DNA from: Acidobacteriota bacterium
Lineage (GTDB): Bacteria; Acidobacteriota; Aminicenantia; UBA2199
DNA length: 64,000 nucleotides
NCBI GenBank assembly: GCA_030837085.1
Contig: JAUPLE010000150.1
Coordinates: 3,016-67,015, forward strand
Direction: 5' to 3'
Positions 47,966 to 58,600 of this stretch are shown in pieces. A program made the position numbers and the translations under genes. The notes beneath the pieces are model-generated. The model made no database searches, was not told the DNA's origin, and worked only from the letters and a program-made list of their open reading frames with translations. Position 1 is the first letter of the stretch. The number at the start of each line of letters is the position of its first letter.

Positions 47966-50900
47966 TTAAAAATTAAAATTTACCTCCGGCATATTAACCT
48001 GAGCCGTCTCCAGCCGGTGAGAAACTTTGATGTCTTTTAGTTTAATATTTTTATTTTCAGTCACAATACGAGAAATTTCTTCATAATGTTTGGCAAATCT
48101 CTCAATAGTTTCCCTTTTAAATAACTTTGTACAATATCTTAATGTAAAATGAACAACCTCAGAAATTTCATTAGCATGAATAATAATATCAAATTGTGTG
48201 GTCTTCACCTCTATAGGATAGAGACTAAAAACCAAATTACCAAGTCCCGGTCCCTCTTTGGGTACATTTGAATTCTCGACATAAATATTATGGAGGGTAA
48301 AATGAGTATCAAATAATACCTGCCGTCCGGCATCCCGCTGGATACCGAGCAGGTTAACCAGTTCATCGAATTGATAATCTTGGTTTTCATAGGCTTTTAA
48401 TGCATTGGTTTTTACTTCTTTTAGAAAATCAAGAAAGGTAATTTCTCCGTAGGGGTGATTACGCATAGCCAATGTATTCACAAAAAATCCGATAACATGC
48501 TCCAGGTCTACATGGGGACGCCCCGCGCTGGAACTTCCCACCACTATATCTTCCTGCCCGGTGTATTTATACAAAAGGATATTATAAATAGCTAATAATG
48601 CCATGTAAAGGGTGGCCCCCACTTTTGAGGCAATTTCATAAATGTCCGCTATTAGATTTTTATCTAGGACAAATATGATGGTATCTCCTTCAAAGCTCTG
48701 GACCTTCTGCCTAGGGTAATCGGTAGATAAATTGAGCGTCGGGATATCACCGGAAAAGACATTTAGCCAGTATTCTTCTTGCTTTTTGAGAACACCGGAT
48801 TCTCTTAGATTATTTTGCCAGATGGAAAAATCTTTATACTGGATTCTTATAGAGGGAAGTTCCATTCCGGCAAACAATGATATAAATTCTCTGATATATA
48901 GCTGGAATGATGTCCCGTCACTAATGATATGATGCATATCGTATATTAACAGATGGTTCTCTTCTGCCAATTTTAACAGCCCCACCCTCTGCAAGGGAGC
49001 TTTACCCAGATCAAAAGGCTGCACAAAAGCATTGATGATGTCTTTGATTTGCTGGTTTGAAATGGCGTGGATTTCGCTGTTTGCGTCTATCTGGGTAATT
49101 TTTAAACCGACACTTTCATGCACTCTCTGTACCGGATGATGATCCACCATTTCAAAGGAAGTCCGAAGCAACTCATGCCGTTCTATCATTCGATTAATTG
49201 TGCTCTCTAAGCATTCATAGTCTAGGGGACCATCAACTTGATACACCCCCGGGATATTATCACTGGTTGTAGTCTTGATCTGACTTAACAAAAACATGCG
49301 CATCTGTGCGGAGGATAATGGATAATATTCCTTTTTTTCTACCGGCTGAATCGAGGTATATATCTCTTCCTCCGATCCCATCAAGTACCGGGATAATTCT
49401 CTTATAGTTGGAGTTTTAAACACTTCTCCCACAGGTAATTTCATATTTAATTCTTTATTTACCCTTGCAGCCATTATCGTGGCGTTTAACGAGTGCCCAC
49501 CTAGTTCGAAGAAATTGGAATCGATGCCGAAGGTATTTTTTTCCTTCCCCAGCAATGCAGACCATATCTTCATGAGTGTTTCTTCAACATCATTCCGGGG
49601 AGCTACCAATTCCTTCCTTGTTTCTAATCCAGGTTCCGGCAGTGCTTTTATATCAACCTTACCATTTGGAGTTAATGGCAACCGCTCCAGCGAAATAAAA
49701 TACATTGGGATCATATAATCCGGTAATTCTTCCCGCAGGTATTCCCTCAGTTCTTTGGATAAAGAGCCTGTATCCGGCATCCTATTATTTACTTCAAATG
49801 TATATTCAACTCCATTAAACAGCGCTTCGTAAAATTGTTTCATGGAAATATCTTTCCTTTCGAGGTTCCCGCTTGATCCGGGAGAATAGATCATATACGC
49901 AGGCCGATCCGGCCGGATTTCAGTGGGAATTTCGATCATATTGGGAGTATCGTCTTCCTTTTCCATTTCTTCGATATGGGTTATATTAATAATGGCTATA
50001 TTCATATTAACTCTATTTCTCAATTTTTCCGCTGTGTCCACCCAATCATCATTGGTTACTATAATTCGACTTTCGGAATCTTCAAGGATATTAGTCAATT
50101 CTTCCAGGGAAGAAGAAGTATCTAAATGAACATATACCTTACCGGATTTCATCGCTCCAACGGCTCCAATTGCCAGGTGAGTATCCTGGTTGACTAGTAG
50201 TGCAATGGTTTCCAGTTTTTCTTCTTCTCTTTTTTCTTCCTGGATATAAGTGACCGAATGGGCTTTTTCCCTTTGTTCTTCAAGGGCTTTTCGCATTTCC
50301 ATACCTCTTGAACCACACACCGGGCAATCGGGATCCGGTTCTATTTTAAGCTCTTCCAGGAAATTCCCTCTCCAACCGATTTCCCAATCAAATCCCTGCT
50401 CTTTACATAGCCTTATGAAATGATCACTGAAAAGATGAGTCATTGCTTTATATCCTGGAGTAAAAGCCAGGTCAGTGGCGGCACCTCTTTGATTAAAATA
50501 AAAAAATTTGTTATAAGCCGGTTCTTCAAATCCCAATAAAATTTTCAATGCTTCATTTACTACTACTCCAGTACTGATGAAAAGGGATGTTGATACGACA
50601 GGAAGGGGGTTTTTACTATAATTCGCGACATAATGTTTCATCGCATTAACTATAGTTTCCAGCTTTGCCTTATCGAATAGGCAGTGATAACATGGAGTAT
50701 GGGGTGAATGTAATACCGCCGCATAAGCATTAATATCCGTCATAGATATGATCAAATGAGGAATTTGTTTAACAATTGCACATTCAGATAAGATGAACTT
50801 ATCTGCCGGGCCATCGAACATATCGAAAATAATGGCCGAATCTCCTACTAGTTCAAATACGTTTTCACGGGTTAGTTTCTGGGTGCATGGTACTACCTTA

Positions 50901-53900
50901 ACATGGGGATTGGTTTTGCCGACCGTAATTTGGGCAGAGATTGCTTTGTTCATTCCCAGGCGTTCGTCGTTATGTAAGAACTGACGGTTTAAGTTACTTA
51001 ATTCAACTGTATCAAAATCGCAGATTTTAATAGTCCCAAAACCAGCTAATGCCAGTTGAGTAACTGTGGGAGAAGCACCGCCGCCGGCACCGGCAACAAA
51101 TACGGTGGTGCTCTTCAATTTTTCCTGGGAAGCCTGGCCCCAACCGGCCAAAAGCATCTGGCGAATGTACCTGATTCGTTCTTGCTTCGATAATTTGTAT
51201 CGGTCATCATACTTCTCAAGGATGAGACAGGCCAACCGATTGGCATATTGATCCAAGGTTTCAAAGGTTAACGAGCGCTTGTTGGATTTTACAGCGATTT
51301 TCTTGCGGTTCATTCCCGCTTGCTCAATATAATGTTTTTTAATTCCTAACTCCCGGAAAGTAATTACTTTTTTCTGATTTTCCATTTTCTCTTTCCGGTC
51401 GACCCGAGGAGGAGATATCCCCTCATTTGCTTTTGAAACGATGTAGGCACATATGTATTTCTCTCCCTGCTCGTCGCCAGGTTTGACACCGAGCATTGCG
51501 GCAGCCTTTACAATCACCAGCGCATCATCCACAATAGGATGTTTACGCAACCGATTCTCTATCTCTCCCAATTCGATCCGGTATCCCCTAATCTTTACTT
51601 GTTTATCGATTCTTCCAAGGAATGCTATAGTACCATTGGACAGCCAGCAGGCAAGATCGCCAGTACGGTAGGCAGGATAATGAAGTGACGAAGTGATGGT
51701 GGAATGCAGTGATGGAAAGACAAACTTATCTATGGTTAATTCCGGTTGGTTCAAATAGCCCCTAGCCAGACAGGTTCCAGATATGCACAATTCACCCGGA
51801 ACACTTATGGGTAATAAATTCAAATCCTTCCCCAATACATATATATTGGCATTATAGATGGGTTTTCCTATTACCGGTTGTTGTTGATATTTTTCAAAAT
51901 TTTCAAAATCGACAAAGGTGGAAATGCAACCGATGGTAGCTTCCGTGGGACCGTAATGATTCATGATATGAAGATGGGGACAAAGTGCATGGGCTTTTTC
52001 AAGGTCTTTCACGTTAATGGGTTCACCACCTATCACAGCCAATCGCAACGTCCGGCATTTCAGCAGGGAAAAACCGGGCGCATTAATAATTGCTGAGAAA
52101 AGAGAAGGAGTTACCTTTAAATAAGTAATTTCCTTCTGCAGAATGTAGTCCAATAACCCGTCGGGCAATAAATACATTTCCCTGGATAATATGTGTAATT
52201 GGCCGCCGTTTAAAATCGAGGGGAATAATGTAGTATAACCTAGGTCAAAGGCAAAAGAAGATGTCAATATGGCCTTATCACATGGAGTTAAACTTGTGGT
52301 TTTGGTGAACCAATGAACATAATTGACTACGCTCCGATGGGAAAGGATAGTGCCTTTTGGTTTACCGGTGGTGCCGGAGGTGTAGATGACGTAAGCATCA
52401 TTGTCTGCTAAGGCAGTTAATCCGAAGGTTGAGATTGAGAGAGATGATAGATTTGAGATATCGATTATTCCAAAAGATACCTTCTCTATCCCAGCTTTAA
52501 GCTTAGCTATGGTTTCTGGTGTTGCCACCAAAGTTTTTGCATTGCTATCCTTTAACATATATTCAATTCGACCACTGGGGAATTCCGGATCTATTGGCAT
52601 AAAAGCACAGCCAGCTTTCATTATTCCCAAAATTCCTACAGGTATATCTACAGAACGCTCCAACATGATGCCCACAACTTGATTCGGAGTTACCCCCTTT
52701 AACTTTAACTCCATTGACAGTTGATTTGCTTTTTCATGCAACTGTCGATAAGTCAGCACTTGGTTAACAATTAATCCTCTTCTGATGTCTTTTTTGTATT
52801 GATCTACCTTTTTATTCATTTCCAGATAAAAGCTGGTGATCATGGAATTCATTCGATCATCTTTAAAATAAATGTATGGATAATTAAGTTCTTCAGTTGT
52901 TAAATAATTAGAGTTATTGTTAAAGCTTTTTTGACTGTAGGTTAAAAACTCCTCAAAATTAGAGGCATAAGCATACATCTGGTATTTTCCAGCATCCTCT
53001 AAGATTGGTGCCCCCGGTTGAGCATGCAAACGCGCCCAATGTAGTTCACCAAAACATGAATGGTTATTTATAATTTTAGACAGCAATTGTTTACTAGGCT
53101 CAATATCTTCCTGAGTAAAACAAGGGAGACCAGTGATTAAATTCAACCTTACTTCAATATTAGGATATTCATCACATCGGTCCATAAACTGCATAATATC
53201 TTCATCAGTAGGCTGGGGCTTGACCAATCCCATGGAGAATAACAACTTCCTGTGCGTCTCGGAGGGAGTACAAATATCGAAATCCCAGTATACATATTTA
53301 AAGGTTTGGCTGACCAACTTGATCAATTGCGCGGATGGGGGTGTTAATGTAGAAAAAATACAAAAGTGCCCGGAGAGATCAATTCCCTCCCATATCTGTC
53401 GACAATATTCAACTAGACGCTTATCCAGGATATCAAATTCGAACATAAAAGTAGATGTATATGGTTTGGCCTCCATTATATCTTTCCTGACTTCTTCTAC
53501 TCCACGTTTAAATACTTTTTTTCGGTTGAATGCCTTTTGATGTACTCGATTACAACCGCCACAGTATAGGCAGTTCATTTCACACCCTTTATGGGTAACG
53601 ATAAAAAATGTGCCCAAACGTGAAGTATAATGGGAAAGTAATATTTCATCCAGGTGTGATAGATAAACTTCCCGACTGACGGTCTCATCCTGAACATAAC
53701 CGATTGGATTCACAATAATCCGCCCGTCATTTTTATATACGCAATTGGGGATACTACCAATATCCTCTCCCCGGCATATTCTCAACAGTGGGTCCTCACC
53801 ATCCCCTCGAACCAGGATATCAAAACAGTCATACATCATTATTTTTTCCGGGTAATAGGAAGCAGTATTGCCCCCCACAACAATTTTTATTTCTAATGAA

Positions 53901-55630
53901 TTATTTCGGGCATATTCTTTTATGATTGTCCCCATTTCGATTACCCGTGCGATGTAGAGAAACCACTTCATACTAATGGCAACAATTTCCGGCTGAACCT
54001 GCTGCAAAAGTGTCTCAATATTTTTTTTCATGGAAGCATAGTCCGTACTATTATCATAGAACTGGCAGCGTGTTTTGATCCCCTTCCGCATTAAATAAGA
54101 ACCCAGGTATAATAAACCAGTAGAAGGAGTCCCCGATGTATCTCCCAGAAGTAACACTTGGGCTTTAGTTATTTCTTCATCTTTAAATTTCCGCCAAAAC
54201 CAGTCTATACTTAATTCTGTGACCACTTCCTTTTCAAAACTACCGCTGTGCGACTTCGACGATCGGGCTTCCATTCCATCGTCATTAACTCCCACCAGAT
54301 CGATCAAATGGTTCCGGTAAAGAGTTTGAACCAATGGAACCAAATCTTCAAATTCATCCACAGTATAAATCTCCGGCCGGTTATTGAATTGAAAGAAAAC
54401 TTCCAAGAGGTCGGTCTTGTTCATAGTATATATGAGAAATGCAGCTTCATTATCTTCCATGGTTTTAATTTGTTTATAAATGGTTTTTAAATTTCTCCTG
54501 CCGTCAAAAAGTACAATTAACTCAGCCATATTCTTATTGACAATCACACTGTTGTGCCAATTTGTTTTTAACAATTTCCAACCACTTTTAGAGAAAGGCT
54601 GCTCCAGATCAGCATGATAAATAAAAAGATTCTTATTAAAACAACAGGTTTCCATTTGTTTATTCACCCCGACGTCTGTGCCTATGGATTCCAACAAGTT
54701 ATATATATCACTCAGATCAATAGGAGAAAACACAGCGGTTTTATCCGGAGTTTTTTCCACCTGCTCTTCAAACCATTGATGGATGGTCTTTCCAGAAGGG
54801 TATCCTGTCTCAGTATTATTAAAATCCAGTAGAATCTGCTTTTTCTCTTGCGGAGTTAGCATGCCCAGGTGAGAAAGCGGTAAATCTACATTAAAAATGG
54901 CCTCCCGAAGCAGTTGGTTAAAATGGCCGACCAGCTTTTCTAGGGTGGTTTTCTTATACAATGCCGTGTTATATTCCAAAATTCCTATGATATAGGGAAT
55001 ACTCCCATCTGCTTCTTCTATCCGGAAAATAAATGTCAGACTGCACGGAGTATGTCGGAGATATTTTTTATTATGGATATTTTCAAGTAGAACCGCCACA
55101 TCAAAAAGTGGCGATCCCTCTTCAAATGTATCTGCATCAAACTTTAGTTTTTCTGTTAACAGTTCGATCGGATAATTTTGATTATCAATAGCATCGGTGA
55201 GGGTTTGTCTTACCTGCAATATGAATTCTCTAAAAGAGACATTCTTTCCCACCCTATTTCTCAACACCAATATCGTATTTATAAAATCACCGTCCATTTC
55301 TTGTTCATAAATAGGTGTTCCGACAATAATGTCTCGATTGCCGATATACTTGTGCAGTAAAAGGATGACGCCAGCAATAAACAGCAAGTTCAAGGTGAAA
55401 TTTGAACCTTTACTCAACACCATTAATTTAGCTGCAATTTCCTCATCAAATTTAAAAATGGTGGAATCAAACTCAGCGGCTTCATCAATATAGGTACTTG
55501 TTTTTTTGTAGTCATAGGGGAAATGGGCTTTTACCAATTCTCCAGCCAATTGCTTTAGCCAAAAATCCTTTTCCTTTAAATTTTGTTCTGCGGCTATTCT
55601 CAACAATTTTGGATAATTCTTATGGATCAT
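47966..55630 (-). CDS. NRPS module Clobe - unknown 200-aa region - [B12 then rSAM] - A[ThiF/E1-like domain plus degenerate A fragment at a8-a9] - T - C (2554 aa), tail ...EVNFNF
   Basis: Clobe (DFWLKQLAGE, FINTILVLRN, NQNYPIE, SPLFDV). A core A1 LTYRQLHEKANQLS, A3 AYVIYTSGTTGKPKG, A5 NHYGPTEAT, A7 YRTGDLACW, A8 GRIDKQVKIRGYRIELGEIE, A9/A10 LPDYMIP..PNGKVD. T FFELGGHSLNA. C MHHIISDGTSF. Confidence 0.85.
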   Translation of the reverse strand: MIHKNYPKLLRIAAEQNLKEKDFWLKQLAGELVKAHFPYDYKKTSTYIDEAAEFDSTIFKFDEEIAAKLMVLSKGSNFTLNLLFIAGVILLLHKYIGNRDIIVGTPIYEQEMDGDFINTILVLRNRVGKNVSFREFILQVRQTLTDAIDNQNYPIELLTEKLKFDADTFEEGSPLFDVAVLLENIHNKKYLRHTPCSLTFIFRIEEADGSIPYIIGILEYNTALYKKTTLEKLVGHFNQLLREAIFNVDLPLSHLGMLTPQEKKQILLDFNNTETGYPSGKTIHQWFEEQVEKTPDKTAVFSPIDLSDIYNLLESIGTDVGVNKQMETCCFNKNLFIYHADLEQPFSKSGWKLLKTNWHNSVIVNKNMAELIVLFDGRRNLKTIYKQIKTMEDNEAAFLIYTMNKTDLLEVFFQFNNRPEIYTVDEFEDLVPLVQTLYRNHLIDLVGVNDDGMEARSSKSHSGSFEKEVVTELSIDWFWRKFKDEEITKAQVLLLGDTSGTPSTGLLYLGSYLMRKGIKTRCQFYDNSTDYASMKKNIETLLQQVQPEIVAISMKWFLYIARVIEMGTIIKEYARNNSLEIKIVVGGNTASYYPEKIMMYDCFDILVRGDGEDPLLRICRGEDIGSIPNCVYKNDGRIIVNPIGYVQDETVSREVYLSHLDEILLSHYTSRLGTFFIVTHKGCEMNCLYCGGCNRVHQKAFNRKKVFKRGVEEVRKDIMEAKPYTSTFMFEFDILDKRLVEYCRQIWEGIDLSGHFCIFSTLTPPSAQLIKLVSQTFKYVYWDFDICTPSETHRKLLFSMGLVKPQPTDEDIMQFMDRCDEYPNIEVRLNLITGLPCFTQEDIEPSKQLLSKIINNHSCFGELHWARLHAQPGAPILEDAGKYQMYAYASNFEEFLTYSQKSFNNNSNYLTTEELNYPYIYFKDDRMNSMITSFYLEMNKKVDQYKKDIRRGLIVNQVLTYRQLHEKANQLSMELKLKGVTPNQVVGIMLERSVDIPVGILGIMKAGCAFMPIDPEFPSGRIEYMLKDSNAKTLVATPETIAKLKAGIEKVSFGIIDISNLSSLSISTFGLTALADNDAYVIYTSGTTGKPKGTILSHRSVVNYVHWFTKTTSLTPCDKAILTSSFAFDLGYTTLFPSILNGGQLHILSREMYLLPDGLLDYILQKEITYLKVTPSLFSAIINAPGFSLLKCRTLRLAVIGGEPINVKDLEKAHALCPHLHIMNHYGPTEATIGCISTFVDFENFEKYQQQPVIGKPIYNANIYVLGKDLNLLPISVPGELCISGTCLARGYLNQPELTIDKFVFPSLHSTITSSLHYPAYRTGDLACWLSNGTIAFLGRIDKQVKIRGYRIELGEIENRLRKHPIVDDALVIVKAAAMLGVKPGDEQGEKYICAYIVSKANEGISPPRVDRKEKMENQKKVITFRELGIKKHYIEQAGMNRKKIAVKSNKRSLTFETLDQYANRLACLILEKYDDRYKLSKQERIRYIRQMLLAGWGQASQEKLKSTTVFVAGAGGGASPTVTQLALAGFGTIKICDFDTVELSNLNRQFLHNDERLGMNKAISAQITVGKTNPHVKVVPCTQKLTRENVFELVGDSAIIFDMFDGPADKFILSECAIVKQIPHLIISMTDINAYAAVLHSPHTPCYHCLFDKAKLETIVNAMKHYVANYSKNPLPVVSTSLFISTGVVVNEALKILLGFEEPAYNKFFYFNQRGAATDLAFTPGYKAMTHLFSDHFIRLCKEQGFDWEIGWRGNFLEELKIEPDPDCPVCGSRGMEMRKALEEQREKAHSVTYIQEEKREEEKLETIALLVNQDTHLAIGAVGAMKSGKVYVHLDTSSSLEELTNILEDSESRIIVTNDDWVDTAEKLRNRVNMNIAIINITHIEEMEKEDDTPNMIEIPTEIRPDRPAYMIYSPGSSGNLERKDISMKQFYEALFNGVEYTFEVNNRMPDTGSLSKELREYLREELPDYMIPMYFISLERLPLTPNGKVDIKALPEPGLETRKELVAPRNDVEETLMKIWSALLGKEKNTFGIDSNFFELGGHSLNATIMAARVNKELNMKLPVGEVFKTPTIRELSRYLMGSEEEIYTSIQPVEKKEYYPLSSAQMRMFLLSQIKTTTSDNIPGVYQVDGPLDYECLESTINRMIERHELLRTSFEMVDHHPVQRVHESVGLKITQIDANSEIHAISNQQIKDIINAFVQPFDLGKAPLQRVGLLKLAEENHLLIYDMHHIISDGTSFQLYIREFISLFAGMELPSIRIQYKDFSIWQNNLRESGVLKKQEEYWLNVFSGDIPTLNLSTDYPRQKVQSFEGDTIIFVLDKNLIADIYEIASKVGATLYMALLAIYNILLYKYTGQEDIVVGSSSAGRPHVDLEHVIGFFVNTLAMRNHPYGEITFLDFLKEVKTNALKAYENQDYQFDELVNLLGIQRDAGRQVLFDTHFTLHNIYVENSNVPKEGPGLGNLVFSLYPIEVKTTQFDIIIHANEISEVVHFTLRYCTKLFKRETIERFAKHYEEISRIVTENKNIKLKDIKVSHRLETAQVNMPEVNFNF
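49853..50179 (-). other. Degenerate duplicate of an A-domain a2-a3 segment, following the ThiF-like domain
   Basis: LAIGAVGAMKSGKVYVHLD resembles A2 LAILKAGGAYVPLD. PAYMIYSPGSSGNLERKD resembles A3 LAYxIYTSGSTGxPKG but has lost the P-loop Thr/Gly and Lys residues. Confidence 0.5.
50306..51118 (-). other. ThiF/MoeB (E1-like adenylyltransferase) domain embedded between A8 and A9 of the A domain
   Basis: VFVAGAGGGASPTVTQLALAGFGTIKICDFDTVELSNLNRQ is the E1 nucleotide-binding signature. Downstream zinc-knuckle CYHC...CPVCGS. DNA checked at 51061-51120. Confidence 0.8.
52931..54163 (-). other. B12-binding domain followed by a radical-SAM core (canonical class-B order), located before core motif A1 of the A domain
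   Basis: B12 motifs AQVLLLGDTSGTPSTGLLYLGSYL, IKIVVGGNTASYYPEKI, DILVRGDGEDPLLRI. rSAM motif THKGCEMNCLYCGGC (CxxxCxxC), followed by about 200 aa of rSAM-like barrel sequence. Confidence 0.75.
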
Positions 55631-55644
55631 AAAACACTCCTTTC

Positions 55645-58600
55645 TTAAAATTCCAATTCCATTTTCGGCTGATCAACTGTGGCACTTAAAAAATGGTGCG
55701 AAATGGTGATATCTTTTATTTTGATATCTTTATTATCTATTACGCTGGCTATAATTTGTTTGAAGTAAGCTATGAACTTCTCTATGGTTTCTTGTTTAAA
55801 CAATTTCGAACAGTATTCGACTGTGAATCTCACCTTTCCCTGAATATCCTCGCAAAAAAAGGCCATATCAAACTTTGAGGCCTGGTTATCATACTTATAC
55901 GGTCTAAATTTCAATCCAGATGGCCCGGTTCCAGAAATATCATCTACCGCTCTTGTCTCATTCTTTTGGTTCTGTAGAATAAGGGCGACATCGAACAATG
56001 GATTTCTGCCCATTTTTCTGGATACTAATATTTTTTCTACCAGCTCTTCAAATTGGTAATCCTGGTTTTCAAATGCCAACAAAGCTTTTTCTCTGACTTC
56101 CGCTAAAAATACTTTGAATGTCTTTTCTTTGCAGGGATAATTCCTTATTGCCAGTGTATTTACAAACATACCGATGAGAGGTTCAATATCCGGGAATCTC
56201 CTCCCTGCAATCCCCGTACCAATAATGATATCTTCCTGGCCACTGAGTTTGGCCAGTAATACACTATAAAACGCAATCAATACCATAAACAGGGTGACAT
56301 CTTCTTCCCGGGCTAATTCTTTAATATCTGTGGTTTCCTTTTCGGTTATTTCAGACTTTACCCAACCACCCTCAAAACTCTGATAAGGCGGTCTTTCATA
56401 ATCGAATGGCATATTCAATTCTGGAATACCTCCGCTAAACTCTTTTAACCAATAATCCTCCTGGTGCTTTAGCGCCAACTTGACTTCAGGATTGCTCTGC
56501 CATTCCGAATAATCTTTGAATTGAAGTTTTAAGGATGTCAATTCTTTGCCAACCATGAGAATCATGAACTCCCTTACAAATATTCCCATTGAAATACCGT
56601 CCGATATTATATGATGTGTATCTACAATTAAAAAATGTTCTGTCTCAGCTATTTTTATCACTCCCACTCTTAATAAAGGCGCTTTTGATAAATCAAAAGC
56701 TCTAACAAAAGTTTTTATCATTTTATCGATTTTTTCGTTTACTAAGATCGAGGCCCCGGGTGATATATCGTTTTTTGAAAGGTCATAATAGTCTATCTCA
56801 AAATCCACAGATTTGTGTACCTTCTGCACGGGTGTATCATTTACCATTACAAATGATGTTCTCAAACTCTCATGTCTTTCGATCAGCTTCCTAAAAATTT
56901 TCCCCAGTCTATCTTTATCGCACTCCCCCTCCAGTATCACCATATTGGGCATGTTATAACCGAAGCTGTCTGGTTGAATTTCCTGCATGAGGTAAATTCT
57001 TTTTTGCGCAGAAGATAAGGAATAATATTCTTTTTCCTCAGTAAGCTCTATCTCCATAAGTACAAGCGGTATTTCATTATCTAATTTCCCTGAAATATAA
57101 TTAGCTAAACCTTTTATTGTAGGTGTGTTAAAAAACTCAGGAATTGGTACCCGGGTTCCTATCTCTTTCTGAATTCTTGCAACAACAGCTATAATTTTCA
57201 GAGAGTCCCCCCCCAATTCGAAAAAATCATCATCAATACCCACAGGTTTAATACCAAAAAACCTCTGCCAGATATTAACCAATTCTTGCTGAGTTTTATT
57301 TTCTGGGGGAGTATAGGAAGTAGAAATTTTAGGTCTCTCATAAAACGTATCGAAATGATCATCATCAAGTGAATCAACAATGCCCGATTCTAATTTTATG
57401 TTATAATTATCTACATATTTAACTACTTCTCCTAAATCGCGTGATGAAATAATTACATGAGCCAAATCATTCTCAAGTATACGGTCAAAAACCTGGATAC
57501 CTTGCGAAGGTGATATGGCCAAAATATTATCACTAAGGTCGGTGGAGAGATTTGCTGCTTTCGCAGCTTTGATTGCCATGCCCACTTCACTCCAATCACA
57601 CCAATCGATAGTTACTGTATAGGTACCTTGTTTCTGTTTATAATAAGCAAATACTCCCAGGAATTCATGGCCTGCGTTATATCCAACCTGACCGAATTTT
57701 ATTTTATATAGGAGATTGCCGATGGATGAAAAAAGGACCATAAAATCCAATTTATTATTTGCCAGGAGTTCATTTATTACTAGAGTACCTCTCACTTTTG
57801 CAGCCAAGAGTTCTTCTGTCATCTCGCGTGTCCGACGATGAATAACACCTGCATAATCGATAAGTCCTGCTGCATGGATAACTCCGTTTATTTTCCCGAA
57901 ACGTTCCTCTGATTTCCCGATAGCTTCTTTCATTCGTTCATAATTTGATACATCGACATGATGAATATATATCTCCGCTCCGAGGTTTTCCATTTCTCTT
58001 ATTTTTCGTATCTGCTGGCAAAAGGTTTCCCCCTCTTTGTCATCGCGCGTCAAACAATCATCCCATTGATCGCGTGGTGGGAAATCCAAAATATCGATTA
58101 ATATTAACCTGCTCTTATGTCTTCGCGCCATATGTTCAGCGATAGTAAATCCCATGCCTCCTAATCCACCGGTAATCAAGTAAACACCATTTTCCTTGAA
58201 ACGACAACTATTTTGGGAGTTGCCATTCAGTCGGATGGGTTCGTAGCTTTCTTTCCAGCGATAACTGCCGCGATAAGCCACCACTAAATGCTCAGAAAAG
58301 TTCGTAGAAAACTCCCGGAGAATTTGAGTTACGAGTAAATCCATTTTATCAACATCCAGACCAGGATCAATAATATCGATACTCCGACAGCAAACATTAC
58401 TATATTCTAGGGGAATTACCTTGACAGGTCCAAGAATGGTCGCTTTTTCAGGGCATAATGCTTCCTCTCCTGTTGCGGACTGCATACTACTGGTAATAAC
58501 TCCTAGTTGAATTTCATGATAAATACTATTTTTTCCGATGGCCTGGGCGATATTAAGCAGGCTATAAAGTCCTAAATCTTGCACTTGATCGATTATTCCT

